Assembly (NCBI GenBank): GCA_033442325.1
Contig: JAWQFM010000001.1
Coordinates: forward strand, 203,376 to 267,375
Source of the DNA: Salpingoeca rosetta
Lineage: Eukaryota > Protista > Choanoflagellata
DNA: 64,000 nt
Reading direction: 5' to 3'
Shown: in pieces, positions 24,737-61,840 of the stretch
Numbering within the stretch: the first letter of the stretch is position 1
How the letters are laid out: each line of letters begins with the position of its first letter
Translations under genes and position numbers: made by a program
Notes under the pieces: generated by a model
What the model was told of the DNA's origin: nothing
Databases searched by the model: none
The model's input: the letters and a program-made list of their open reading frames with translations, nothing else

Positions 24737-25457
24737 TCAGACGTCCTTGTACCAGAGCCTGTGAGCAAACAAAGCACAGGCGCAAACCAACCAACAGCGC
24801 ATGCGTGAGACGTCGCGAATGTATCACAGCAGAAAGCCAAGCCACACACACACACACACGCAACGCACACGCAACGCACACGCAACGCACACACATCACG
24901 CACGATTGTTGGTAGTCGTCGTTGCCCGGGTGTTGTTCCAGGATCTGCTTAATCTTCAAGGGCGGGTTGAGCCCAAAGGCTTGTGCACGCTTCCACCGCT
25001 CCATGCGCGTGATGCCGACGCAAGGCCCAAACTCCGAGTTGAGATCGAAATCACGCAGCACCGTCAGGTGCTGTTCCAGCTGCAACGTGGGCTTGGCCAC
25101 AGAGCGCCGCACCTTACCTTGCTGCCCAGCAGCTCCCGTTGGTGGCGACGTTTTGGCTTTCAGGTGCTGTGCCTTGCGCAGACCATAGCTGCTGCTGCTG
25201 CTGCTGCTTTGGTTCTTGTGTCCGCCAGCAATCACCTTGGCTTTGCCGTACATGGACGTTGTCTTGCCTTGGTGGAACGCAGCTTGCTTTGCGCGCTGGT
25301 GGTTCCTCGCAAACGCGTCCAACGAACCCGCCGGCGATGATGACGACGCCGCAGAAGCCGAAGGAGAAGATGACAACGACGAAGAAGAAGGGCGAGCAGC
25401 GCTGGCCTTTCGGCCCTCCGCGCCCCTCTCACTCTTGTACTGCTCAAACAAACTCAT
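24737..25457 (-). CDS. POLD4: DNA polymerase delta subunit 4 (p12/Cdm1), about 191 aa, 2 exons
   Basis: Exon 25457-24904 encodes LRDFDLNSEFGPCVGITRMERWKRAQAFGLNPP. The microexon 24758-24737 completes ..QQSLWYKDV*, matching the p12 C-terminal SLW. Confidence 0.88.
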
Positions 25458-25797
25458 CGCTGGCGTTGTTGTTGGCACTCGCGTCGACTGTGTTGTGTGT
25501 GTGTGTGGTATGGCTTCTTGCTTGCTTCACCTCTCGCTTGCTTGCTTGTTGCTTTTGTTTGTGCGGCAAGTCTCAGCTGCTTCACAACTTGTCCAAACAC
25601 GTCTGTGACTGAAGCCTTGCCGCGCAAATTTTCAAACGAGAGGAGTTTTTGCCTGACCAAATTCCTACTCTTTGTGGTGTCGCCATTTGATTGAGGCGCG
25701 AGCGAGCGGACGACAGAAACGGAAACGCCTCCACCTCCCACAACTGCCCTCGTCTTCCCACACACACCTTTCCACCACCTCTTCGCGAGCCTGTGCG

Positions 25798-34966
<9,169 letters not shown>

Positions 34967-35529
34967 CCCGCGTTTTCGTGTGTCTGTATGTGTGTGTCTG
35001 TGTGTGTGTGTGTGTGTGTGTGTCTGTGTGTGTGTGTGTGTGTCTGTGTCTGTGTGTGTGTGTCTGTATCTGTGTGTCTGTGTCTGTGTTTGTGTCTGTG
35101 TCTGTGTACTGCCATTGTTCAACATGCGTTGACGTTATCCTTGCCGCCAGGCGCTGACTAATCGTGAAACGAGTGTGCTCTTGTCAATTTCACACTGCTT
35201 TTGACCCACCCCCTCCCCCGACTTGGCTTCTTGCCTACGCTGCTGTGTTCTTGCCGGGCGCATTGCTTTCTGGCGTTTTCCTTGCTTGCCTTTGACTGTT
35301 CATTGTATACACAGCACCATTGCTTCAAATGCAAACCAGCACACCATGAGATATGAGCACTTGGGCTCGTTTTGTACAGGGCAATTAGAGGGGGAAAAAC
35401 GAACACATGGTGGTGGGGAGTGGTGGTGGTGGGACGATGAATGAATGCAGCAAAGGAGGAAGGAGAATGGGGATGACGAAAGCACTTTCACCCACGCAGG
35501 TCACGGTGGGCTGATGGCGACCAGGCACA

Positions 35530-39633
<4,104 letters not shown>

Positions 39634-39953
39634 CTTTGCTGCGTGGTCGTTTGCTGCTGGTTTCCTTGTTTCTGCCTCTTGTTCTTTTGCTTCCGTGTTG
39701 TTTCTTTTCGCACCATTTCCTCCTCTTCGCACTGCCTTGCGACCTCTCTGCCGTTGGCACGCGCGCCTTCTGCCCCTGCCGGTTGCAACCGATTGATTGG
39801 GTTTATTCACTTTTGATGCTGGCTGCAGCTGCTGCGAACACCAACAACAACGGCAACAACACCAACAACGGGCGTAGCAATCATCACACCACCTTCCATT
39901 CGAGTCTCACACAGGCACAAGACACACACACAAGAGAAGCAAGCGGGCGTGAC

Positions 39954-42274
39954 TCAGACGGAGGTGAGGGGCTTGGGCTCAACAAAGCCGGTCTTGGCCT
40001 TGGCCTTGGCGGCCTTCTTGCCGGCCTTCTTCTTGCTGGAGAGGATGCCGTGGAGCTCGTAGAGCTTGGCTGTGTCGGCGCGGGGCTTCTTGAGCACCTT
40101 GACCTTCTTCAGGAAGACGTTGTGCAGGGGGTAGATGCTCTGTTCGTTGGCGTGTGCGTTTGTTGGCGCAAGGGGGAGGGGTGGGGGAGCGAAGTCAAAC
40201 AAGCCGTCGTGAGTTGAGGAGCAACACAGCACATGACATGACCGCAAAAGGGAACGCAAACCGCAAGCACGAGCACAACACGGCGACAGACAACGACGTG
40301 AACCGAACCGAACCGAACCGATTCATGCTTGGTTCGGTGACTTCGTTGTCACCCACCAACACACACGCACAAGCACTCAAACATACATTACATGGGCATA
40401 CGCCTCCTCCTCCTACCCCCCCCCTTCCCTTCCCAAACGCACACACGCCCTGTCTGGCAACAACAAGGAACCAGTGCTCACCTTGACGGCCTTCTCAATC
40501 TCGCGGCCCATCTCCTCTGTGATGAGGCGGCCAACAAGCTGCTTGAGGTCGCAGGTGGAGGCCTCGTTCTGGACAACATCGCGCATCTTCTGGCGGATGG
40601 CCTTGATCTGGGAGGTTTGTGCGTATGCCGTCTTCTTGGTGGAGTGCTTCTGCCTCTTGGTGAAACCAATGCAGAACACACGGAGAACGTAACCGTCCGT
40701 CGTCTTCACATCAACAAAGGCCTGGATCATCGTCTGCCACTTCTTGACGAGGCTGCGCTTCTTGTCGGCGGTGAGGTCCATGCCTACAAACGAAGAGGCG
40801 GTAGAGGGAGAGGGAGACAGACAGAAGGGGTGGCAGGAAGGGATGGCCGCCAAGCGCAACCGCAAGGCAGGACAGAATGTGAGCATGGCTGAAATCAAGA
40901 AGAAAAGGGAGCAGACAAAAGCAGCCAAGCTCGAAACGAGCAGGCCAAAGGCACAACTCCAGAGAGAATCATAGCAGGCTGACAAGTATTCACACGCGCA
41001 CACGCAAACGGCATGAGCATGTGCGAGAACAAAAAGGAGCTCAGACGCACCGTGGAAGTTGAGGAGGAGGTCGCGCTCGTACACGTCCTCGCAGACAAAG
41101 CGGACCTTGCGGAAGGTGTTGTCATCGCCGTTCAGGTCACCGAGGGCAACCTCGAACACACGGCCGCGAAGACCGTCGGCAGCGAGCTTGGTACCAACAG
41201 AGCGGGTGACGAGCGTCTTGCCGAGCTGGCGCTGCTCAATGGCACGCACAAACAAAATAAACCACAACAGCACACAGAAGAAGAAACAAATGGTGAACCT
41301 CAGGCACGACGAAACTTCGTGTGTTGTTGTTGTTGTGGTGGTGGTGGTGGTGGTGGTGGTGGTGGTGGTGGTGGTGGGGTGATTGCCGACGTGTTGTGCA
41401 AGCGTGTTGTGCAAGCGTGTGATGCGTCGGCTGATGCTTGTGTGCTGCATCAGTGAATGGCGTATGCACACACGAACAAAGGGTGTTGTTGCTGTGCACG
41501 TACGTTGTTGAAGTACGCGGGGGCCTTCACGTCATACCACTCCTTCTTGGTGAAGACGTCGACGACCTTCTTCTTGGAGCCCTTCTTACCCTTGGTAAGA
41601 CGCTGGGCAATGAATCAAGCAGACAAGGCAAGCACGTGCGGGTGTGAGTGTTGACGAACGAAAAGTGTTGGTGGGCTACGTGTGATGTGTGTATGGTATG
41701 GTTGAATGAAACAACATCATCGTCCCATGTTGTGGCTGTTGCGGCAGCGTGTGAAAAGCGCTTCTGTCGCTCATCTTCGCCAAACGCGCTTCTTCTTCTT
41801 CTGCGGATTTCTTAACCGCACTCGCTGCTTGCTCATCAACCAAAGCTGCCAGTGAACTTGTCTCCTTGTCGCTTCCCGTGCCACCCCACTGAGTGCTGTT
41901 GAGGCGAACGCTGTGGCATGTTCTTCAAAAGCGCACTTGCACGTCACCGCCAGCGTTCTTGTCGCATCCACTCATCCACCCGCATGCACACCAACGCGTG
42001 TGTGTACGTATGTATGTGTGTGTCGTCGATGCTTCTTCGTCGCGTGTTCGCGTCACCCTCAGTCGCTGCTGCTGCTGTTGCCGCCATTGTCACCAGAACC
42101 AACCCCGACGGCAAACGACGTTCATCTTCACAGCGTCAGCCATCGCGCTACGCACGTCCTCGTGTGTCGCTCGTGTGTCCCCGAGCACCACTCTCAGAGC
42201 ACCGACCACCACACCACCACACCACCACACCACCACCACACGCATGCACCAACCTTGTTCTTGCCAATCGCCAT
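39954..42274 (-). CDS. RPS3A: 40S ribosomal protein eS1 (S3a), 5 exons
   Basis: MAIGKNK|[73 protein letters not shown] and [18 protein letters not shown]. Ends [11 protein letters not shown]. Confidence 0.96.
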
Positions 42275-42308
42275 GTCTGCCGGTGTGGATCTCGTGGAAG
42301 CCGCGTGT

Positions 42309-42323
42309 GAGAGAGGAAAAAGG
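42309..42323 (-). promoter_or_regulatory. Candidate TCT initiator / 5'TOP tract of RPS3A
   Basis: Minus strand reads CCTTTTTCCTCTCTC, starting 49 nt upstream of the ATG. Confidence 0.5.
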
Positions 42324-42542
42324 CACAGCACAAGCACGCACACGAGCGAGAGCACAGACCATTTTCCAGGAAATGCCACACTCTTTTTACGAACGTTGGC
42401 TCTTGTTGAAAACAAGCAACACTTTTCTGATCCCTGTCAACGTTGACAGCCGAGTTGAGCGCCGCCAAACTTGAAATTTTCGTTGAGGACGGGGATACGG
42501 ACGACAACACACAACACACGAGTGAGTCAAGCGGTGGCAAAG

Positions 42543-47100
<4,558 letters not shown>

Positions 47101-48057
47101 CATGACGTGAGGGTCAACACTTCAGCCGGTGGGCTGGGCTGATCAAGCAGGCTCGCCGTCACCTGACACATGCTCTTCGCATGCCGGTTTGCTCCTCTTT
47201 GCGCTTTTGCGTTCCTCTTGTGTTCCTCTTGCGTTCCTCTTGTTCCTCTTGTGCCTCTTCTTGTGTTTGCCTTGCTGCAGAGAACCATGCCTTTGTTGTG
47301 TTGGACCTTGTGTTGGACCAGCGCGAAGCTGCTGTGCTTTTCTGCCACAGCACGTACGGTGCCTCCTACTTCATCTCTTGTTACACGCCATTCTTCCTGT
47401 CAAGGAAAGGCCCTTGTCCAGGCCGCATCACACCACCATTCACTATTGTGTCTCCTCACACAATGAAGTGACAGCTCCTGCAAGTGCAAGCGTGTGTTGT
47501 GTGTGTGTGTGCGTGTGAGGAGAAATGGGGCAGGAAAGCAAATACACAGCGAGTTGGAAAGCACCAAACAAACATACATGCATACACATGTACACACAAG
47601 CACGTTGGCCGAGCATCAGTGCCCCTGCGCCCAACATCACGTATGCACAGGGTGTTCATGGTCTCCTTCAAACAAAAAAGGAAGACGATTGCCCTTGCAT
47701 ATCATGGAAGGCGCAAGCTTTCATCACTTGCAAGCCACAACTAGAGGGAAGGGAACACAGAGAGGAGGAGAGGAGACACACACACACACACAAGGGAAGG
47801 AGCACACAACAGAGGCACAAAGACGCAGACGGCACACGTCACACGTCACACAGCACCTCATCTCTGCACTGCGCTCATCACGTCAAAGTCATCGCGACTA
47901 ATGCGCACGTCGTGTAAGATTCGCACACAATTTTCTGTGAGTCATCCGACTATCCACCGATCGTGAGCTGGCTTGCTGGGAGGACGACAACCGCCACTCT
48001 CGCACACGGACACACACACACGCACACATACAAACAACCACAGATAGAGAGAAAGAC

Positions 48058-50913
<2,856 letters not shown>

Positions 50914-50988
50914 GCACACCCACTTTGGATGCACCTGCTGGCAGCACTGCCGCTGTTGTTTGCAGTGATGATGGTGCTGGTATTGATG

Positions 50989-51037
<49 letters not shown>

Positions 51038-51347
51038 ATGACGTGTGCATGACGTGTGTATGGTTGTGGTGGTCATGATGCTTGTGGAGATGATCACCCA
51101 TTTCAGTGTAGGATGCGGACAGCGAGGCGCATCTTAAGGGCGCGCGTGGGCGAAGAGATGAGTAGCTGCGGAACAAAGCGTCTTTCCACGTTGTACACAT
51201 GCTTACTTTCTCACTCTGCCCGCTACTTCTTCTTCTGCTTCATTTGGTGTGTTGTGTCGGCACATGCTTCACCACAAGTAACTTTAAAAGGTCACACCCC
51301 TGTTGCGAGCACGCCAAGTCCAGTGAGACTGTTGTGAGACAGCTCTG

Positions 51348-51452
<105 letters not shown>

Positions 51453-51695
51453 TGTCGAAAGTTGTTGGAAAACATGTGGTGAAGTTCGGCAAACCGCGCC
51501 AATCCACACACCGCTGCTCACTGCCGACTGCGGACGGACGGTCGACCAAGCAGCCACATCCAGCAAAGCATCATGTGCGACGGTGTTGTTGTTGTTGTTG
51601 TCGTTGTTGTTGTCGTCGTCCTTGTTGCTGTGCACGCACGCACCACGCACGCACCACGCGCACAGCTTGTGCAAGGCAGCATCCAAGCTCTGTCC

Positions 51696-53465
51696 ATGTC
51701 TCCCCAACCCAAACCAGCAAACGTTTGACAACCAATCATCTGCTAACTTTCTCCTCCACTGTCTCATGTCATCGCGCTGCTCACCCCTGTCACACCACGC
51801 TCTCTTGCTTCGTGCCTCTACCACCACAATCACCACCACGACCACCACCACGATACAAAAGGCCAAAGACAAGGCGTTCAACACAGTCTCCAGCGGAAGG
51901 CACCAGTCCTGAAGAAGGCGGCGATGGTCAGTCTTTCCTCGACCGAGCACAGCTCACAAACGCATGTCGGCAGCATCTCCCTGCTGTTCCCGACTCCCAG
52001 CCACCCACTACCCACATGCCACACCCTCGACATGTACCTTGCTTCTTGCCCTTTCCCCTACCGCTAACTTCGACAATGCCCATTATTCCCCACTGATTGA
52101 TCACGCGCCTGCCTTGTTCGTGTGTTTCACTTCCTTAGATGAAGAAGTGTATGAAGTGGAGAAGGTGCTGGACCACTTTGTCTTGGAGGAAGGCGTCAAA
52201 TGCTACTACCTCAAGGTCAGCCTGTGTCTGTGTCATCTATCTGTGTATTCACCTGTCTATGTCTGTGTCTGTGTGTCCGTCTGTCTAACTATCTGTCCAT
52301 TGCTTTGTCTGTCTCTGTTAAACTATAGGTCTGTCTCTTTGTCTGTCGCTCTGGCCCTGTCGCTCTCTCTCTCTCTCTCTGTGTTTCGCCTCAGCCACCT
52401 CCTTCCCTCCCCCCCCCCTCACATACACACACGTGTCTTTTCGTGCTTGGTGCTTTCCTTACGCCTCCCTTTGGTTTTTGCTGGCTGTGTAGTGGAAAGG
52501 GTACCCAGAAGAAGAAGCAACATGGCAGAGAGAAGACGAGATGTTTGGCTGCGAAGCGCTGGTAAGGTCGGGTGGTGTTGTGCTTTGTTTGTCCCTCCCC
52601 CCCCCCCACACACACACACACGCGCATCCATCCGCTTTGTTGCACCAGCGTTTCATGTTACTCTCAACCGCCTTGAGCCCTTGAAACGTGCTCACAGTGC
52701 AGCCTGCCCCCGCCTTGCAATCCCATGCTCATGGTGTCGCACACATTCTGTAATGGTCAGGTGAAAGAGTATGAGCGGAAGCAGCGTGCGCAGGCCAAAG
52801 CCCCAAAGAGGGCGAAGAAGACCAGCACGCCGAGGAAGAGGAGATCAGCAGCAACACCAGCGAAGCAGAAGCAGTCCCAGCGTCAGCAGGAGAAGAAGAA
52901 AGAGCGCAGCCAAACAAGCAAGGCAGCGTCAACACCGTCCACAAGAGCACCAACAACAACAACAACAACATCAGCAACAACAACAACAACACCGGCGGCT
53001 ACGGTAGGAGCAAAGGGTGCCGCGGCTCAGCGGCGAAAGGCAGGCACTTCACCCAAGAAGGCAGCACCAGCACCAGCAGCGAAGGCAGCACCAGCACCAG
53101 CAGCGAAGGCAGCACCAGCACCAGCAGCGGAGACAGCACCAGCAGTCACGACGCGCCGGCGATCCCGCCAGCAGGTGCAGGCCGAAACGACAGGTGCGGC
53201 GCAGGAGGAAGCCAGCACGGGTGGGGATGATGATGATGGTGCTCGTCGTGGTGGCGGCCGTGGTGTTGAAGCGACCGCAGAGACGGGTGCCGCTGATCAG
53301 TCGAATTCGCCAGCGACGATACAACCCGACAGGACAAAAGCGGGCGCTCTTAGGAGTGCAAAGACGAAGAAGAGAAGGACAAGCACTCTGACAAAGACAT
53401 CTGTCAAAGCACCAACTTCGGCAACGCAAGGTGCAAGGAGGCCTGTCAAGGCAGCCACACCACCA

Positions 53466-53522
<57 letters not shown>

Positions 53523-53637
53523 GAGGAGGAGGAGAGCGGCGCCCAGCACGACCAACAGGCGCAAGAGGAAGCAGAAACATCGACATCGGCCCATGAGCAC
53601 CTCCCACCCAAGCGTGCGAAGACAACAGAAGCACAGC

Positions 53638-53693
<56 letters not shown>

Positions 53694-54731
53694 CCGGTGA
53701 CCTCTGGCGTGTCTTCGCCATCGTCATATGCGCCATCGGCAACTCCGCGATCCGCGATTCAGATATCGCCACTCGCAGCTGCACCGGCCACGACACAACC
53801 CACGACACAACCCACGACACAACCCACGCCACACACATCCACACCCGGCGCCTCGCGTTCCAACCTCCAGCCGTACATAAGTGTGTACGGAACGCCGGCA
53901 GCACCAAGCACGAGGAGGCCTGTGGTTGCGATGACAGCAACAACCGCGCCAACCTCCTCCTTCTTCTCCTCCTCCTCGACAGCAGCAACGCTTGCATGGG
54001 CGTCTGCTCAACCCCAATCATCCGCCCCCTCCCCGCTGTCGCCCGTGGTTGCGGGTGTGACGACGGCAGCGGTACCGGCGCCAACAACACCGAGCGCAGT
54101 GCAGCGCATATCCGCTGCTGTGCCCAACGCGGTGTCGCCCGCGCCACCCGAGCCCGCAGGGTCCAATGCCCTTGCCCTGCTGAGCGACCGGCTGGGCATC
54201 GTGATTGCTGATCTCCACGCCGCTGCGAGTTCAAGCCCCGTCATCCCACTGCTGCACGCTGCGCGCGACCTGCTCGACAAGATGCAGGCCGTGCCCGGCC
54301 ACGCAGCAGTGGTGCCTGCGGCTGTGACGGTTGTGAAGCGCGTGGCGAAGCTGGCCGATGACTTCAACCAGATGGTCAAGTTTGTGGCGGAGAGGAAGAA
54401 CACGGAGCAGCGGTGGCAGTCGGAGGTGCAGCGGCTTCAGCAGCAGTCCCGACAGCGGGAGGCAGCCATGCAGGGCCAGGTGCAACAGGCGTCGGTGGTG
54501 CGTCTGCAGCTGCAACAGAGCCAGCATCGTCAGCAGCACTTGCAACAGGCCGTGCAGCAGTCGCAGCTCAAGCTGAAGCAGGAGCAGCAACGGCGCCAGG
54601 AGTGCCTGCAGCGTATTACGCAGCTGCAACACGAAAATTCGCAGCTGCTGCTGTTCCGCACACAACAGCTGCAACACAAGCACCGGCTTGAACAGCAACT
54701 CGACCAACTGCAACACCAGCTCAACCACCAT

Positions 54732-54762
<31 letters not shown>

Positions 54763-55078
54763 AGCAGCAGCAGCAGCAGCGGAAGCCCCGCAAGATGGAG
54801 TCGTGGGGTGACACGTGCTTTGTGTGTGGCGAGCACGGCTCACTGCTGTGTTGTGAGTTCTGTTCAAATGTAGCTCACCCGCACTGCGTATCTGGGTACC
54901 CTCTCTACGCGCCTCAATTCGCCTGCGTCAAGTGCACACACCTCCTGCCTCGCCCAACCATGAAGACAACGTTCCCTTCTGGTGTTTCCACGGTATGTTG
55001 TCATGTAGGCAGATGGGCAGGGAGGAGCGTTGCGCGGAGGAGTGTTTGTTTGTCTCTGTGTGTGTGTGTGTGTGTGTC

Positions 55079-55132
<54 letters not shown>

Positions 55133-55155
55133 TGTCTGTCTGTCTGTCTGTGTCT

Positions 55156-55226
<71 letters not shown>

Positions 55227-55982
55227 NNNNNNNNNNNNNNNNNNNNNNNNNNNNNNNNNNNNNNNNNNNNNNNNNNNNNNNNNNNNNNNNNNNNNNNNNN
55301 NNNNNNNNNNNNNNNNNNNNNNNNNNTATATTAATATACCGCACGTTGGGGTTGAGGCACTGAGTGATTGTTTTTGTGTTTGTCTGTATGTATCTATTTA
55401 TGTTTTAGAACATTTTGGTTGGTTTTGTGGTTGTGTGTGTGGGTGTGTGGGTGGGTGGGTGTGTGTGGGTGTGTGGGTGGGTGTGTGGGTGGGTGTGCGT
55501 CTCTCCCTATCTCTCTCTGTCTGCGTCGCCGTCTCTTGAATTCCACCCATGCTGCTGGGGTGCTCGCATCGAGTGTGCTCTGCTGCACACGCCACCGCTG
55601 CTGCGCTCACAATCCATGCGCGGCATTGCAGGAGGAGACGCGGCTGGTGGAGGCCATGCAGAAGCAGCACGGGCCCCTGTCCCCACACGATGCCGTGGTC
55701 AAGTCTGGAAACAAGAAGCAGATCAACCAACGAATCCACTTGGTTGCGCAGATGGTGAACCGCTTGGGCTCGCTCATGTCGCGCGTCAAGACCGCTGCCA
55801 CTATCACTGCCAATGGTGAAAAGAGCGGTGACAGGGCTGACGATAAGAATGGTGACAAAGAGGCTGGCGATGAGGGTAATGACCAGGGTGGTGGTGGTGA
55901 TGACGGGAAAAAGGAGGCGAGTGGTACGACTGCTTCTGGTGACAATGGTTTGGACACGGCAACAGCTGTTGTTGCGTCATGA
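51696..55982 (+). CDS. Chromodomain + low-complexity/coiled-coil + PHD-finger protein (start uncertain; gap at 55227-55326)
   Basis: Spliced chromodomain [16 protein letters not shown]|[14 protein letters not shown]. The long exon 52761-54991 has polyQ, a Q-rich helix and the [35 protein letters not shown]. The last exon ends in TGA at 55980-55982. Confidence 0.78.
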
Positions 55983-56245
55983 TGATTTCGCACCGTGCAC
56001 CCGGTGTTCGCCACACTTTACCGTTTCCGCGTTTGTTTTGAGTGCACTGATTGCACCCTTCTTGCCTGTGCTTGAGTGTGCTTGCGGTTTGTCTGTCCGT
56101 GTCCCGGTGGGTCTGTTGAGTCGCGTGGTCGTTGGTTGGATTGTTTATTGTTCGTGCTGCGACGGATCTGTTGGCCAATAACGTGATGCGCCCACGAAAG
56201 TTAAACAAGAAACTACATAGCCTGTCATGTCAGCCTGATCATGCG

Positions 56246-59518
<3,273 letters not shown>

Positions 59519-59747
59519 CACTGCACGTGGCTTGTGTTGTTTGTGTTTGTGTGTTGTTGGGATTGTAGTTCTGACAGTTGTGTTGGTGCGATGATGTGAC
59601 GGACGACGATGCCTTTGCTACCAAATCAATGAGGACTGATCACATCACCCCTGTTATCGTTATCGTAACACAGCAGGTGGCATGACACAAGCCTTACAAC
59701 AACACACACACACAATACACATACACACGCAAAGGACAGGGGATGTG

Positions 59748-60765
59748 CTATGCAAGCGAGGCGAGGGGAAGCTCCTTGAGCAAGGCATTGAGTGCCGCCA
59801 GGTGGGATGGCGGCGTGGGCGCAATGTCCTTGAACATGAGCTCCGGCAGCTTCGCCTTGCGCAACACGTGATTGACGCGCTCGAGCTGGGTGCGGTGCTC
59901 GTTGAAGCGCGCCACCTTCACCCCGGGGCGAGTGAAACCCGCAGCAGCCGCCTTGAGATCGGCAATGGCCCCGCGCGCCACGCGAGACAGCTGCTCCGGC
60001 GTCAACAGGCTGTGACTCAAGTGCATGTGCAGAGCAACAGCAATGTAGTTGTCCACCACGTGCACGCCCAAGGCCGCCAATCTCCTCCGCTCCTCATGCG
60101 GTGTCTTAAAGGTGACCCCGTCCTCCAGCACCACGTCTTGTATGTACGCGGCTACCAGACCCTGGCCCCCAAACAGCCGATTCGCCTTTCCATGCCTGCT
60201 CCTCCGTCGCTCACCACCGCTGCCGACATCGCCTCTGCCACACGCTGGTTCTTTCCCTGCGCCGTCACCGCCACGCTCAGCTTCACCCAATACACTCGAC
60301 ACACTGACACGCTCGTGCGCACACTGCTCCTGCTGCTGCTGCTGTAGTTGTTGTTGGGCTTGCTGTAGCAGCTCAAGTGCTGTGAGCACGTCTCCTTGCC
60401 CGCTGTCCCCAAACCACACGAACCGGCACTCTGGGAAGAGCAGGGAGTAGCGCACGACGTTGCGCACCTTGGTTGAGCTGATGCGGCTGTTGCAGAAGGC
60501 GGGCGCCAGCGGGATGAGGAGTGAGTCACTCAGGTGGCCGCACAGCACAGAGGCGGTCACGCCCATGCGCTGGAGAGAGTGGAACGTGCGCCGCTCAACA
60601 AACGCGGGACGGGCCGTGACAAACGCCACACGTGTGCTCACGGCACTCAGCAGTGAAAGTGCACCAGGCAGCACCGTTCCTTTGGGGTACTTTGGCCCGC
60701 CGAGACCATACCCACTATGCACAAACGTATCTACGTGTGCGCGTGTGTGCGTGTGTGTTTGTGTT

Positions 60766-60798
<33 letters not shown>

Positions 60799-61769
60799 GT
60801 GTGCGTGTGTGTTTGTGTATGTGCATGTGTATGTGTATGTATGTGTATGTGTGTGTATGTGTGTGTGAATGCGTGGTGAGAAGAAGATGCAAGCACACAC
60901 GGACCAGCCAATGCATGTACAAACACACACGCACACGCACACGCACACGCACACGCACACACATGCACGCACACATACACACTCCGTGCTCACCATCAAT
61001 ATCAGAGAGCACGTGGACATCCGGTGGGTGGTCTGCGTGCTGCTGACGATACTTGTGCGCCTTCTCAGCGATGATGGTGTACAATCGCTGCCTCAATTGA
61101 CGGTCAGTCATGTGCTGGTCCAGGATACGTGACAGGTTGATGACGGATGACTGCAGTTGCAACTTCAGTTCAGATAGCTCCTCGGGGGAACATGACTACA
61201 ATACACGCACCAGGAGAGGCATGATCACAACAGGAGAGGCATGATCCCAACGTAGCCAAGTCCACACGAACGAACACCACGTCGAATGCAAACACAAAGG
61301 AAGAGTGGGCTTTGACACTCCACACTTGAACAGCTGCACACATACACATACACATCACACTCTCGCGCGCACTTGCGAGCATACCTGAAAGAGGCGGAGA
61401 ATGAAGAGCTCTCGTGCACCGCGTTGCCTTCTCTTCTTCGAGCCACATGCGCATTCAACCAGTCGAGCCTTTGTGGCCACGGTAAGATCGTGGCCATGAA
61501 AGTCGGTAAACTGTGCCAGCAAGTGTGTGTAGTTGAGTCCACGCCATCCGTGGTGGTCGCGGAAACGGGCTATTGGCACAGGAGATGTCACCGCGAGCAT
61601 GCACGCACGTTGAGAACAGCACGTGAATGTAACCACATGCCGCGAAAAGAGACGCATCAAGCAAGCAGACAAAGCACATCACACACACATACACACACAA
61701 AGCACATCACACACACACATCACACACACATCACACACAAAGCACACACAAAGCACACACACACACACG

Positions 61770-61840
<71 letters not shown>

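Noticed and set aside
40140-42253. Possible box C/D snoRNAs in RPS3A introns (vertebrate RPS3A hosts SNORD73)
   Set aside because: A TTGATGA occurs on the minus strand near 41833-41839, but there is no suitably placed CTGA or terminal stem.
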